Shown one piece after another: positions 1 through 14,900 of a stretch of DNA of 64,000 nt. This stretch comes from Oculina patagonica. Its lineage: Eukaryota. Below the pieces are notes generated by a model. The model was not told where the DNA came from, searched no databases, and saw only the letters and a program-made list of their open reading frames with translations. Every line of letters begins with the position of its first letter. Positions within the stretch are counted from its first letter, which is position 1. The stretch is from positions 16,740,001 to 16,804,000 of the forward strand of contig NC_135769.1 of NCBI RefSeq assembly GCF_052425735.1, read 5' to 3'. A program made the translations under genes and the position numbers.

Positions 1-224
1 ATAGTTGTCACTTTAATTTTTTTTCTCATCTACACAAGCAAATATTAAAAGTTGTCACAAAAATTGCCACATTAAACTGCTCGTATAAACTCCCCTTTAT
101 GAGTGAATGGCTGATTTAACTACTAGGATGAACCTAAAATTTACTTGTGGTTCCTTCATTAACATTTCCCTTCTTCTGTTTCTTGAGCTAGGGTCTCTTT
201 GGGAATACCTTCTGGAATAGCCTA

Positions 225-480
225 CAGGGCTGCAAATAACTTTTTTTCACATGAAAGGAAATATGTCCTACTAAAACACCATCTTGGTTGGACAAAACAA
301 AATTGTAGTCGGACGTCACCAAAAACAAAAGGTTGAATTTTATTCATTGCTGCTGTAAAATGGCTTGTAACGATCAAAAAATTGTCCGGACATCATGCCC
401 GACCACACTTGGGATTTTGTCGGACATGAGCAAATTTTGGTTGGCCAATGTTTGATGACCAACTGTTATTTGCAGCCCTG
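225..480. mobile_element. MITE with CAGGG termini and 6-bp TSD (hAT-like)
   Basis: 16-bp TIR CAGGGCTGCAAATAAC / GTTATTTGCAGCCCTG, flanked by AGCCTA on both sides. Confidence 0.85.
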
Positions 481-984
481 AGCCTATTATAATAATTTCT
501 TATTCTGTTAATGTTTATTACGCTATACTGTGATGGTGTTGAAGTATGCTCTATTGGAAGACAAAAAGAGGGTGCTTATTGGAAGAAAGACGCTTACTAT
601 AGTTAGTGAATGCACTATCATTGTCTTTATACTGCCTAACAGCTCATAAAGTAAGTTCCTATCATGTCAGCCTAAATCATAACCAATAAATAAATGTCTT
701 GTTTGCATCTGTGATGCAAATGCTTATGCACATAATGCAGCACAAGCGATATAACGCACTTGAAGTGCTTTTCTAAAATAGAAGATGAAGCGAGGTTGTT
801 ACAGTAAGCTTGCTTGCTTATATTTGCATAAATTGTGATGTTTTTGTGTAAAGCAAGCATAAATACAAGCACAACAGAATGGGAAATTTTCCATTTCTTG
901 TGCTTGTATTTTCAATTTTGACATGTTCTTGCACATGACAACATTGCAGGGAAATAACTGGCGTATTAGCTCCTGCAGACTAAC

Positions 985-2637
985 CTGTATCTGAATTTTC
1001 TTGGGCTGCGTCGGCGATCCCTAGTGTTGTGATAATGCGGGCAGGCATACCCTTGTCGGCAAAGTCTTGGTGGCTTTTTGCATGGTTCAGTTTTGTAACT
1101 TGAAAGTACATAGTTGGTATCTAAAAAATAATAATAATAATAAAGAAGTGAATTGTCACTTGCTTATTGTGTTTGTCGCACATTCAAGGGGCTATCAGAT
1201 GAATTTATTGTTTACTGCTATTTATCACAAACACCAATAAAATATTCTGCACACAGATAAATTTTGATCAAGTCAGACACCAACCATGTTACTAATATTT
1301 GACCAACAGGGCTTAATTCTGCTACAGTGAAAGGGAAGAAGCACAAATGTTTGACAGTAAGTGACATATAATGTAGGAAATCCTCTCTCTCAAGCAAAAT
1401 GGGGAAGATTAAAGATTAACAGCGATCAGATTTTAACCGTGAAGACAATAGAAGAATCCATAAATAATGAATAACTCTGTTAGAACCACAACTTTGTTAA
1501 ACGGAAGAGAAATCTTTCACCACATTAGCGTTTATTATCGTCAAGGAAGCGAATTAGCCGCCATATTTTTCAACGAAAATGAGGTTCTAACGGAGAGACA
1601 TAAGAGAATTTTATTTACAACGGGAATATCAAGCGAAATTCTAGTGAACTACAACGCAATTAAACTCTTATCTCTGTTTCGAGGTCGTATCATAGAGCCT
1701 TAAAGGTTAAACTCATTTGGCAGGCTTTAAAATGCATAACAGCGCGAAATGACAAAAGCTGTATACTTTACGGTGGTGAACAAATCACCAAGAAAGTGTA
1801 AATGAAGATATCACTTGTGTACATTTGAAGCAACGTACAGTACTGCACAAACCTTGCCAGCGGGGATCTTCTAGAACAGCTTTGTTATTCTCTATTCCTG
1901 CTTGACCTACTTCGGTTTCCTCTTTTTCTATGGCTTGTAATTCTCGTATATCATAAACGGGTTGTCTTAGATCGTGTGGTCCATGGGCAAACGCACAGTG
2001 TGGGCCATTTTTTACACAATATCCTCGAGTATCGGTCTCGTGAACACAGGTTGCAGTTTTGTAGTAACGAAGATGGTAGCGACGTTCCACATCGCCAGCT
2101 ACACGGTGTAAATAAGGGCAACTGAAAGAGAAAAGGACTTTTATTCAGCAATTGATCGATCATACCATAAATAAACAACCATTATGTCTCGAGTCCGCAA
2201 ATAAACGAGGCAGATGCAAGAAAAAATCCCTGGTACGTACTCATCACCGGACGGGCAAATCCCTGACGTTTCATCGTACTGAGTGCAGTAAACATCAGGA
2301 CTATAATTAAAGGTGCCATCCCTTTTCTTTTTCGGTCGCCTCCTTCTTTGATTCATGAAGTGCCAGTGGAAACAGGTGAACGGTCTGTGAGCTGTACACT
2401 TGTGCTGTAGAAATAGTGGACATTGCTCGACCCGAAACTCCTTCAGGTACCTGGACGATTCGAAAGGAAAAAAAATTATGACAACACATATACGCGGAAG
2501 CAAAACACAGAAAATCACAAATACACCTACGTATAGTGGAAAGGCTTCTCTGGCTGAGTTTGAGAAAGGCCAGCTAATTTATGTTCGGAAGAAATGATGG
2601 TACTAGGAGAAGTCATTACAGGATCGGAAGACGACAT
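985..2637 (-). CDS. UNK: Unkempt CCCH zinc-finger RNA-binding protein, 5' part. Exons 2637-2531, 2450-2241, 2121-1853, 1120-985; continues left of the window.
   Basis: Spliced translation MSSSDP...EKPFHYTYLKEFRVEQCPLFLQHKCTAHRPFTCFHWHF...CPYLH...ERRYHLRYYKT...CAFAHG...YKTEPCKKPPRLCRQGYACPHYHNTRDRRR matches the Unkempt tandem CCCH fingers. All introns are GT-AG with consistent phase. Confidence 0.95.
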
Positions 2638-4139
2638 GTTGTTTTGGGGACGTGAAAAACCAAACGCGCGCGCACCACAACATAGACAAACCGGGGCATC
2701 ATGGGAACCGTAACGAGCTGTCGATTTGATTGGTTCCAACGTGACATGTGACCTGTTCAGGATCAGCTCAAGAAAAAACCGGCAAATGGGGCGAAATATG
2801 TAAACAATCCGCGATATCTGGGAGAACCCGGAATAAAAAATCTGAATATTGATTGCCTTTGAAGAGCAACGAGGAGATAGAATTTTACCTTTGTCCAGCT
2901 TCCATATGGATTTTATTACTTTCTCTTTTGAGTGCATTTTGGCAGTACAGACCTTGAAAATCATTGTTATTTATCGGGTTGAAAGATAATGACAGCTGTT
3001 TTGACAAAATACGGCACTGACCCCTGAGTCAACTGACCCCTTCATGAACCCCCAACTGACCCCCTCTCAAATATCACAGGAGCAGAAGCAAGATTTTAGA
3101 TCATACAAACCCCGTCGAGTTTTTCTTCGAAAAAAACAACAACAACCGAGATAAAAGCCCAATATTTGCACGCACCCAAGTGTGTTTGTCCTGTTCACTT
3201 GTTTTTGAGGAAGCATAAAAAACTAAAGCGATAACTGGATAAGTATTAATTAAACATTATCGCGCAAGATCGTTCTCAGTTCTGCGTTATAATAGCTGGA
3301 ATGGTGAAGCCAGTGACATCCGCTACTAAAATCAACGAGAATATAAACAAGAAAAACAGCACAACGGATGACAAAGATAAATAAATCAAAGTTAAGCAAA
3401 CCACCGGAAATAGAGCTTGCATATTAATTTCTGGTTATTATTAAAATGCGTATCGAAAAATCAACATACGTACCTGATGTGATCAACAACTGCCAAATTT
3501 GAATCCTCTACCAAAGCAATATAATAAAACAGCAATAAAATAACCTGGAAGCGGTATATTTCCGAGGAACATGCAATAAATTTCAAGAAAAATCGAAATA
3601 ATAGACCTCGATCGACTCACCATCCATGCACATCGAAATATTGTCCCATGCTGGGAAATGGGCGGAGAATTTGAGCGGGACCTGGTGCTATCATACCCAA
3701 ACCATCCTGCTTTTACAGCCAGTGGAAAAAAGGACTGCGGACTGCGGACTACGGACTACGGACTGGGTATAAAACACGGACTGAGAATGCATACATAACA
3801 TCCTGATTCATTTTGGCAAAAAGCTGGATTTTTTAATAGTAGAAGGGTTCCTGTCCTGCAACCTGGTCTCTTATTTTATTAGCTAGAATTTTTGTGCGAT
3901 AATCATATTTCTTAATTTCGGTACCAGACCAGGAGCCCATTACTAAGACCAGACCTATCACATTTCTATAATATGTTTGTTATTCCATTTTGACGGCACT
4001 TTTCAAAAAATTTTTTTTGTAATATTTTTGACACGCGTTGTTTTATAAAGTTCATTATTAAATAAATTCCCTTTCGTTGAAAATGCAAGCCCTGATTTTT
4101 GTCCCCTTAATCAAGCACGCGCAAAAAAGGCCTACCTAC

Positions 4140-4639
4140 TAGGCATAAATAGATTGTGCTCGGCATTTTGAGCAACTTTTAGCGTTTTGAGAAACTTTTT
4201 GTAGTACCAGCAACTTAGGGCAACTTTTGCCTTCTGGCATGAAACTATAAAACCGATCCAAACCATAAAAGGTCGTTTCATTTTGAAGGATTTTATCTTT
4301 TTTCTATTTTTTTTTTTACTTTTTTTTTTTTTTTTTTTTGTTTTTATCTATCATTGAAGTTAAGTTGAGTTCAAGGCGTATTGATTACAACGAAGTATTT
4401 ATATTTCTCGTAACATTGCTTTTTGCCTCTCTTAATGACTGTAAGATATTTAATGAAATTTTTAAATGACAACAACAAACAACACGTTTAGTTTTATCTA
4501 AAACAAAACGACTCTAGAGCGAGCGACTTTTCTATATTTTGGTGGCAACTTTTCGATATTTGAGCAACTTTAGAGCAACTTTTGGGTATATTGTGAAGCA
4601 ACTTTTCCTGAATTTACTAGCACAATCTATTCATGCCTA
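4140..4639. mobile_element. Non-autonomous hAT element (MITE)
   Basis: 21-bp TIR TAGGCAT(A/G)AATAGATTGTGCT, 8-bp TSD CTACCTAC, subterminal GCAACTTTT repeats. Confidence 0.88.
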
Positions 4640-7009
4640 CTACCTACGCTTTGAGAGGGCAAAACAACTTGAAATATTTTAGTTACAGCCAAAATAGTTT
4701 TCCAGTAAAAAAAAATGGTTGTAAGTATAAAAGTATCTTCTGACATTGTCGACTTGCCACCTTTTCTCATGCTATTTTGCTTGTTTAGTATTATTCATGC
4801 CTAAATAAAATGGCCGCTTGAAGAGTTAGAAATACAAGAAGCCAGTACAGCTGATGCGCACGCGCGTGCATATGTTTGTGCAACTCTTTGAAACTGGCGG
4901 CCAGAAACCGTTTTTTATGGCCGTGATTTAAGTCGTTGAAGTCAGTTTTTTATTGGTGAGTACATAATGTACATCTGGTGATACGTGACACTGGCTGGCC
5001 AAGAGCCATGTCCGCCAAAAAGAGAATATTAAGTGGATGTTTCAATTCTTTACAGCTGGTTCTGTTTATTTGAGGCTTCTTTGAATTCATACACCAAGAG
5101 GTACCACCACATGTAGAAATGTAAAAAATTTGAACTTGAACACACTAAGCGGGAAAAACCTGATTTTTAACCTCTTAAAGGAATGGTGAACTTCCCCTTA
5201 GTACCATATAGAGAGAGCACCCCTCGGGGTTTGTGCTCACCGTAAGAGTGATCGAACTTTCTTTTGCTTCTGCTCAAACTTATAGACTGCTCAAAGGACC
5301 CGGAAGCCAGAAGCGAGAAGCGAGCGAGGCCGAACCACAGAGAAGGCTTTGAGGAGTCTACAAACTTATCTCATGAATATGAAGCGGGCATAAAGGATAT
5401 ATGTTGCTTCGAAACAAATTTCACAAAGTTTCTCTTCCAAAGCAAATTGTACATTTGCATCAGTAGTTTCATGACGTCAGACATCACGTGCCTTGACAAC
5501 TTCAAACGTGCGGAAAACAATGAGTGCAATTTGATTGGCTTCTCAGTTTGCCAGCGAAAGTTTACTTCGCGGTTAAAATATAGCAACTTATTTATCACGT
5601 CATAGATTACTGTTTCTCAAAGATGGGTTGACTTGACGTGCGACTGTGCAAAAAAACATTTGCTTTCGACTCTGAGGCATTTCAGTTGAATTATATTCGA
5701 GTTTTTATGATGAAATTAAATTTACATAACTTGGTACCTCTTCGCAAGCCTGTGACGTCTTGTTCTAGGCTGATTTCTCCCCAGTCCATTTCCGTTGATC
5801 TGCAAATACCCTCTGGTACATTTCACGGCCTGATTCCATCGGCGCCGGACTCCGCTCTCCAGAAAACTTACTTCGAGCAAGTGGTTTGAAGCCAGAGATG
5901 AAGAGAGATCATAAAGTCTGCAGGAAGTCGTTGTCCAGCCTGTCTGATTCCACATCTCTTCAGACATAGTTCATGTGTTTAATTAAGGGTTTGGGGACAT
6001 TGCATATCCGCGGGGTTGCTTAGGAGGTAGAATCGTGATTCAGCGCTTTGGTTCACCGCATGAGGCTAGCTGTTCACACTGTAATAACCCTACTTAGAAT
6101 CAATATACGTTTATACACTTCCTGCACACGCGGTCTTCAGCTGCCCAAAACAACAACTTTCCGGCATTCGTTTCTTGTTGGTAGACTTCAGCTGTTTCTT
6201 TTGCATATTTCAGTTTGTTTTGGTTTATCCTCAGAAAGTTTAGTTTATCCGCTCAGTTCGAATGTCGAATTCTAAAAACAATGTTACGGCTTTTTTTTTT
6301 ATTCAAAATCGCTTTCTTTATTTGCTTGAGGATTCTGTGTGGAAATTGCTGTTGCTGTTTAACACGTTCAGGGCGGCTTACGTATCTGTAAGTTTTGTCT
6401 TCGGCTTTTTGTTGTTTGTATTTCACGCTGTGGCCTAATGATTGACTCATTGGATTCCGGGTTACAGCACTTGCAGGGGGGGGGGGGGTTATGGGGAGGA
6501 AATCAGTCCCTTCCCATGACTCCCCGCGCACCTCTATTTACTCTCGTATCCAATCCCTCTTCAAAGTTAAGAGGAAAATTCTCGTAACCAGGGACAAGGT
6601 TGTCCTGAGCTTTTGTTAGTTCAGGTCATAAAGTGATGTGATTGATAAGCACGGCAAGCGAGCCAAGTGAAAATGGCGAGAAGAAACGCGCGCCTCTGTC
6701 CAGTCCCCTCGCGGTTCGGATTGCGTCTGAATCAGAAGACCCAAGAACGCCCTACCACGCATTCTTCTGCCAAGATAGAACCTTATTAAAACAGGGCAAG
6801 ACCGCTTACTTCTGAAGCTAAGGTGCATGTCCTTTCTACAGCTACCACGAGTGGTAAATCTCCTCTGCTCTTTCGTACGAGCGGTAACGGCTACGAAGAA
6901 ACTAGAATGATTTTGGTTTACTTTAGCTAAACTTGATATTGGGTTCATTTAACAGTGCAACGTAATAACGAGAACTGTACAACCCTAATCAAACACAATA
7001 TTTTTCCCC

Positions 7010-7410
7010 AACCAATCAGAATCAAACCAATCGGCATTTTCCTGCGCTTGGCGCCGGCTGCACTTTTCCCGCGCTTGGCGCCGGTTGCATGTTTTTGCTT
7101 CGAGTTCTGATTGGTTCATTCTGTTAGAGTGGTTTTCACCCAAGTATCGAAAGTTATTCACATTTGCTTTTGTTTTGCATTACTATGCTTAGTGGCTAGT
7201 TCAATCGTCTCGCGCCACTTCCTCATCCAGTCAGAAGTAAAGCCCAAAACCAATCGTGACTCGCTCACACGCGTTTTCCCACGCTTCGCGCCGGCTACTT
7301 GTATTTGCTTCGAGTTTTGATTGGTTCACTGGATTGCCTTTGTCTTTTTTGATTGGCCAGAGAGATTACTTTGGTTTTGGTTTTACGACACTCAAATGAA
7401 AACCGCTCTA
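7010..7410. repeat. Copy of an abundant interspersed repeat. Other copies at ~10550-10690, 11340-11610, 11625-12210 and 46140-46340.
   Basis: Shared core CCAATC...TTTTCCCGCGCTT...TTTGCTTCGAGTTTTGATTGGTTCACTGG...GGTTTTACGACACTCAA...GAAAACCGCTCTA recurs in the window. Confidence 0.75.
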
Positions 7411-8917
7411 TCTGCGTTTGTTGTTGTTAATGACGACGACACCGTTTAGCGAACATATTTATTACGGATTGCGAAACAAGATCAACAACAACAACTAACA
7501 ATAACAACAACAAAGTTTATTTGAAGTGTAAAATTACAAGGAAATGTTGAAACAAGCTGTTTTTTAAGCCTACAACACTTTCACTTAGCTACATCTAAAG
7601 GGTTATTAGACCGTTTTGAAGAGCCTTGTCTATGCTATGAAAAGACCACTTCAGCGTCTTTTTCTCAGGGTAATAGGAGGACGGAAGATCATTATCATTG
7701 AGTATAGCAGGAAGAAAACTAACAAATTTAAAGTTAAATTGGAGAACAAGTACCTTTTTTTCGGCCGAAATCACGCTTCGAGAGAGAACTCATTCTCGGA
7801 GACCCAGGTGCAGTAAGTGGGGGCGACGGGCAGCTATGGGGAGGACGGTATTTTCGAGCGAAAGTTCACAACAAGAGCGTCCCGATAAGCTGCCCGTCGC
7901 CCCCACAATAACTGCCCCTGGGTCTCCGAGGATGGAGAGAACTGAGCCCTCCACTTTTTTTAGGATGGTTGCTTGGTAACATGACGTATGCTTATAAAAC
8001 ACGATGACGTACAACGTTCGGTCAACCGCATGCCCGGACAGACAGAGAACCTTGGAACGAGGTCGTTTTTCGGCAGGCTTTTGACTGCGTGTGCAATTTT
8101 ACTAAACAACGCTATTCCTCGAGAGTGTTGAGGAAGATTCGCCGAGACCGGTTCTTGTTCGCCAGAATGAGCAGATAATCTGCATCTCATTTACTACTAC
8201 TTGAAAAAAAAGAAACTGCAAAATATTAACCGTAAACCAAGTACGTCTCCCTACTTTCTAACGATTTTTTTTCGTTTTGCGAGACCCTCCCGCCAATTAG
8301 CAAGAAGTTTTCCTCTAACCTTATAAGTAATTGAATTGGATTTGCAAAAAGGCATACATATCGCTCCGGCTGGACTGCACGAGCTGATGTTAAGCGTGAT
8401 TTCTAAAAGCTTACACGCGCACTTAGACAACAACATTGGCTAGATTGGACTGAGAACAGTACTCGACAAAAGACTGGAACCTAGCAGGTAGTAAGGATGA
8501 CTAAAGATGGACACGATGAAAGATGGCTTACAGTTAGCACAAAGTTGAAGCTTAAAACCTCAGTCCTAGCTAGAAAAAGTAAAGGAATAAATTAAATCTT
8601 CCATTAGTCAAAGCGCTGTTAACAAATTCTTTAAGACCTTGTGTAAACCTATTTAGCAAACACTATTTCCTTCGGCTGACCCAAAAATGGCTCAAGACTG
8701 AAATGTCAGTCGTTTAGGAAAGAAAAGACAACTGCTCAAGATTTTCTCTTTCAGTTCTTCCATCAAGTGTAACAACATATTATTCATCTATTACACTTCC
8801 CTGCACTAGTTATTTCTCTTGCTCGATGAAGAAATGTGATATCAATCGTTCAATTCTGTTAGACGCCAATGTCGGTTGAACAAAGTGCTACATGTTCCTT
8901 TGTATTTTGCTGTCATC

Positions 8918-11900
8918 TTACTTGATTAAAACTGGCTCAATCATCGAGCTCCACAGCACAACAACCTGCAAAGAAATAAGATTAAAATCATAACTGTCTC
9001 AATAAGCTCTCAGCTTCTCTCCCAATGACCGTGCGGTTTTGAGATATCCATCCTCGGAGAGGGCCCAGGGGCAGTTAGTGGGCGCGGGGGAAATTCTACA
9101 CGGGCGAAAAAAAAAACTCGGCGAAGAAAAGTCAAGAACGAATTGACTTTTCTTCGTCGATTTTCTCCACTACCACCCCCCCCCCCCCCCCCACTAACTG
9201 CCCTGGGTCTCCGGGGATGTGAGATAGGAGACTAGAATAGAACAAAAAAATCTTCTGGTTCCGGCCGCTTTTTATCGACTGATCAGATCTTTCGGTCTCA
9301 ACAACCGCATATATTGTAAATTCACTCGGTTGTTTCAAACATTGAAATTTTATCCAACGAGCTCCCGTGTTTTGCTGCGTGTATTTGCTCTAGTCATAGC
9401 GAAATGGCCTTTTTAACCTCCGGTTTGTGGAAAAATTCCCTATCCCCTTTTGAACGTGCAATTTTCGCGTCCTTTCAGTGATGTTTGTGCCCACATTCCC
9501 GCCCAAAATGGGCAAAATGGTGTTTATTAGAGACTATATATATAGGTTCATTGTACAGTCGAAGCTCTCGTAAGCGGCCCCTCGGGGCGCGAAAAATGTG
9601 TCGTTTGGGTGGCGCTTGGGGTTTTTTGGGGGGGCTGGGGGGGGGAGAAAAAGCGGGGGGGCCCAAAAGGGGGGGGGGGGGGGGAAAAAAAAAAAATTTT
9701 TTTTTTTGGGGGGTGTTTTTTTTTAATAAAATAAAGGGGTGTTTTTTTTTTTTTTTCGGGTCCCGGGGGGGAAAAAAAAAAAAAAAATAATTTTTTTTTT
9801 TCGCCGGGGGGGGTCCAAAAAAAAAAAAAAAAATATATTTTTTGTGTGTAAAAGGGTTGGGGTTTTATGCTCAAAACAAAATAAGTAAATATGGCATTAT
9901 GATCTGAGAGAAATAAATTCAAGCTTGTGAGGACTGCAACAACGCCGGGAAAACACCCGGCGTCATATGTGGGTTGAGTTTGTTGTTGGTTCTTGTCCTT
10001 GCTCCGAGGGTTATCTCCACGTTCTCCGGTTTTCCTCCCTCCACAAAAACCAACACTTTTAAATTCCAATTCGATCAGGAACAGTGGATGAAGCGCCTCT
10101 CCGTGGAAATGCTACCTCAAATTCCCAATTATTTTATTTATTTGTACAACTTAAACCACAATAATCCGCACCTCAGAGTCTTCTTCTTCATTTTCCGCGT
10201 TTTCTTCACTTTCGTCATAAACCAACTCAAACTTCCCTGTCACATTTCCATCGCCTACATTAGGTAAAAGAAAAAAAATAACGAAAACTTTTTATTTATG
10301 CTGAGCTCTAAAGCTAATAATGCGTTTTGGGTGGTGCGCTTTCACCTATCGATCACGATACGATCGAAAATGCTCGTCTTTTTTTATTGAAATCGCATTC
10401 GTTTGAAAGTGCTTTCCAGAGAGGAGGCGTCTTTTGAATACAGAGGACCTTTCGTATTAGGGTTGTTGACGACGAAAACGCATCAACGGAAACGCATTGG
10501 TGTGGATGGCGCCTGAAAGACTAGTCCAAAAACACGTGCAAAGGGCTTTAACCAATCAGAACAAACAGGCCGTTTAGTCAACCAATCAGGAGCAGAACAA
10601 AACCAATCGCGACTGTCTACGCGCGACTGCCCGCGATTTCCCGTGCTTGGCGCATCAGGTTGTATGTTTTTGCTTCGAGTTGCGCTGTTTGATTTATCAG
10701 TGAGACTATTTAGTTGACGACGTTACTTAATTTACTTTATAGTAAGGTGTCTTTGGCAGGGCAGTTAGTCGTGATGGGAAAAGTAAAAACGGGACAAAAT
10801 CGACGTGACGAAAGTCCTCAACGCCTCTTACTCTGCAGTTTTTGAAAGCTGTCGCCACAAGTCACTGCCCCACTAACTGCCCCTGGATCTCCGAGAATGA
10901 CATTGGCTGTGAGCCGAAGTAGAAAGCAGCCGCCTTCTTCATGAGCTATCATAAAGCACAGCAAAGACAAACACAGTAAAACACAGACTTAAAAGAAAGA
11001 CGAACGAGAGGGACAGCGACCCGGGACCGCCACCGGACTGGAGGAGGGCCGGGACGGGCCCAGAACTCTACTTATTATACCGAGCAAAATTTACCATCTT
11101 ATTATTTACTACAACAAGACTTTGTTTTGACAGCCAATCAAAACCCGTACTATTCAAAAACAAAACCGAATGTACCTTGCGACTTTTTCATAGACTCCTT
11201 TGTGAGTTCTATCTTTATAGCTCCACTGCTTGGGTCAAAATTAAGAACAGTTCCCTCCTGTAAAGCAAAAGAAAATACGAATTAGGAGGGGGGCGGGACA
11301 TTTACTGCAATAGTGAATTTAAAAAAATTAAGGGAAATAAGGTGGGTTTCTTTTGAATCTTATGAAATCGAGACCAAAATCACTTTGACCAATCACAACG
11401 AGTGAAGACAACACAATTAACCAATGAGAACTCAAAGGAAAAACGTACAACCGCGTCAAGCGCGGGAAAACGTACATACGCCGATTGCTGTAGTTTTAGC
11501 TCTGCCCCTGACTGGTTAAAGTACAGCGTGTAACCAGTTTGAGAGCTCAGCAACGGAAAGCCAAAGCAAACAGATAAAAACTTTTAACAGTCGATCAAAA
11601 ACCGCAATAAATGCAATAACGCGATAAAGCGGTTTTCACTTGAGTGTCGAAAGTAATAAGCATTTGCTCTGGTTTTGCATTACTACCGTCGCTTGCATCT
11701 AAGCGTGAACACTCGCCGCCGAAACATGATCTAATTGGCTGAATTGGGTATTAAACGTTGAAGTTTGGCAGACCGTAACGGCAACTTTCGCCCTAAAAGT
11801 TAAACAGATTCTGGTTTCAGAATGGCGGAAAGCTTGTATATGAAGACTTCTTCCATAAAAATTTATCCTGATCTGTGTCAATATACATTTGCAGGTTCAC

Positions 11901-14900
11901 TTGAATCACTTCCGGTGTAAAATTTCGTCTCCACTCAAGTGTTTTTATGTTTCGGCGGCAAGTGTTCACGCTTAGATGCAAGCGACGGTACGCTTAGTTA
12001 TTAAAGTTATTGGTTTAAAAATCTCGCGCCACTTTCTTAGCCAATCAGAACTAAAGCCAAAAAACTCACACACGTTTTCCCGCGCTTCGTGCCTGCTACA
12101 TGTATTTGCTTCGAGTTTTGATTGGTTCACTGGATTGCCTTTGTCCCTTGTGATTGGCCAGAGTAATTACTTTGCTTTTGGTTTTACGACACTCAATTGA
12201 AAACCGCTCTATATAATGTAACATACCTTGTAATTTGAGACTTCAGGTGTGTAGGAAGCCGACAGCTCAAGTACCTGTCGATAAAGAATTGCGAGCAAAA
12301 AAATAAAAGTAGAATCAAGCGAGAACTAAAGCGAATAGCAACAGCTTTACATGTTTCCATGTTTTAGGCGACGCATAAAACTATGTTCTTCCCCCTCCCC
12401 ATCTCAACATATTGCACAGACAATCGTTATCCATGAGGGGTTCAACGTTGGATTTTATCGTCCTTGGGCAAGTCAAGTGTTCCAACTACTTTAAATTTGC
12501 CCATGGATGCAAAACACTGACCTTGTAGGCTATCTTATCGTTACTTCTGGGAGGTCCATGAAGTGGAGTACAAGCGCTGTAATCACGTTTGGCTGGTTCC
12601 TGCAAACAAAAAACGAAAAATTCACTAGTTTTTACACTTACATGTACAAGTAACATGCTGCTTGGTGAGCTCAGTTTTTAGAGTTCCAGTGCGTAGAGAG
12701 AGACATGCACACATGCCACTATGTCAGGTATGTCATGTTACTTAAAATATGATAACAACTTCTATGACAAAGACTGTGTGCTTTGTCAACTCTTGAACAC
12801 AGGATGTCAACCACAACAATGGTTACCAAGGGTTATCAGGAGTTTTTCTCATGGCATTCATGGGAAAGTGATCAGGGGCTATTATCAAGCTGTGAGAAGC
12901 CCTGGACACCAGAAGTGACTGGTTTCCAGTCTGATGCAGTGCCTTCGATGAGGACTCTATGGCGTCTATTTGTGAGATAATCTTTGATCCAGGCTAATAA
13001 GGGATTTCGTAAGCCAAGCATTTCGAGTTTATACATAAGTTTCTCATGTGGGAGCCGGTCAAAAGCTTTTGCCATGTCCAGGTATATGACATCTGTTTGG
13101 CCACCTAAGTCAAGTGTTTTCGCCAATGAATGTACATATAGAACAAGTTGGGTGACACAAAATTTTTGTTTTCTGAAAGCATGTTGATCGGGGTGTAGAA
13201 CTGAAGGTCTTTGAAATGACTGTAAATGTGGGTATGGACACATCTTTCAAGTCCTTTTGACATGATGGACAAGAGTGAGATACCTCAATAATTGGCAACT
13301 ACATCTTTTTGACCTGACTTGAAAACAGGAGTAAGATTTGAGTCCTTCCATTTCTCTGGAAAAACACCACTTGTTGCTGTGTATTAAAGGAGAAAAAGAA
13401 ACAATCCACCGTATGAAAAAAGATGGCGGCTGTATGTTTTACCACCATACCTCGTGAACCTAACAGCCAATAGGGTACAAAGACAGCCACGATTCTGTGT
13501 AATTCGTCCTTGTAGTAACGTCATTGTTCATGAACGGTTTGAAGTTTTCAGAGATTTCTGTGCGTGTTTATGGGCATTTTTAGCATTTTCGCCCACTAGG
13601 AATTATAGGTCAATGTACCAGTCGCCACCTTTTTCAGTACGGTGTATTATACATAAAATAATCACAAACATTCTCTATTACCTTAAGTTCGCTAACAGGG
13701 TTCTTCGATCTTGTCTGATGGTTTTGCTTACTTGCCACTGTACTTGATGATGATTGTGTACTATTCAAGTCATCTGTGTTATCCTTCACAGAACAAACTT
13801 TACTTTGATCTTCATCGGTCTCTTCCTCAGACTCCTCTGAATCAAATCTGATGTGGCTGGTGGAAAGACTAGAGTCTGTAAGTGTAAACAAGGTGAAAGT
13901 CAGCAAAAAATACAGAAACTATGATGTGGATTCGCATGATAAAGTGAAAACACGGTATTGGCAGCAACTTACAGTCAACTCTCTCTTAATGGACACCGCT
14001 ATAAGACGGATATCTCCATAAGACGGACACCTGGTGTTGTTCCCATCCTTACGGTTTTTCAGTCATTTTACTGTAACTAAACTCCCTATAAGACAGCCCC
14101 CTCTCAAGGATGGACAGTTGCAGCCACTCCTGGAGGTTTCCATTTTAGAGAGAGTTTTACAGAAGCTCTAGATAATACAAAGTAAGGCACCTCCAGTTCA
14201 CATAATAGTTATAATTACGACCCACTAAAAGTTCATGATAATTAGTCCCTGGATGTGTTGCTACAGTAAAAACCCGCATATAAGAACCTAGATTTTTCCA
14301 AATTAGCCTAAATAGGTTCTTATAGAAATGGTATTCAAAGGGATTTTAGGCTACTTACAGTAGGTTCTAAAATAGCTTCTTATTTTGATAGGGACACTAG
14401 CGATCAGCACAGAAAACTACTACAGGGCATATGTGGTATGGAATATATTGCTGTATTAAGTAGTTTTCTAGAATACAGTTTAGATGATAACGATACAGTA
14501 AATTTATCTTTCCAAAGTATATTAGCATACATGTCTAGACTAAAACATTTTTTCTGTATTTTCATCGGTGCCTTCATTTTTGTAAAATAAGAACCTACTG
14601 AAAATTTTAGACTAAATAGGTTCTTATGAAAAGGGGATTTAAAATGAAAATTCTAGCCTAACAGGTTCTTAAATTTTAAGGGTTTTGCCATAGCAGGTTA
14701 CCCGCCAACCCAACCCAAAGCAGTTTGTCAGCTTTCCCAAACAATTTGCCAGTGCACATTTATACTGCTGGTGGGTGGGGGAGGGCAATGGTTAAGTAAA
14801 GTGTCTTATCACAAGAACGCAGCACTAGAACCCTTATAAGCATTCAAACTAGATCACTTCATCCAGAGTCCAGTGCAGTAACCATAAGGTCACTGTCTCT

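Noticed and set aside
5264-6531. Cluster of short ORFs between UNK and COIL
   Set aside because: No recognisable domain or consistent splice structure; may be a decayed element or non-coding transcript.
9590-9860. Homopolymer-rich ORFs (173 aa and 101 aa)
   Set aside because: Runs of G, A, T and C typical of low-quality reads used in gap filling, inside a coilin intron. Similar patches occur at ~33780-33850 and 40930-41000.
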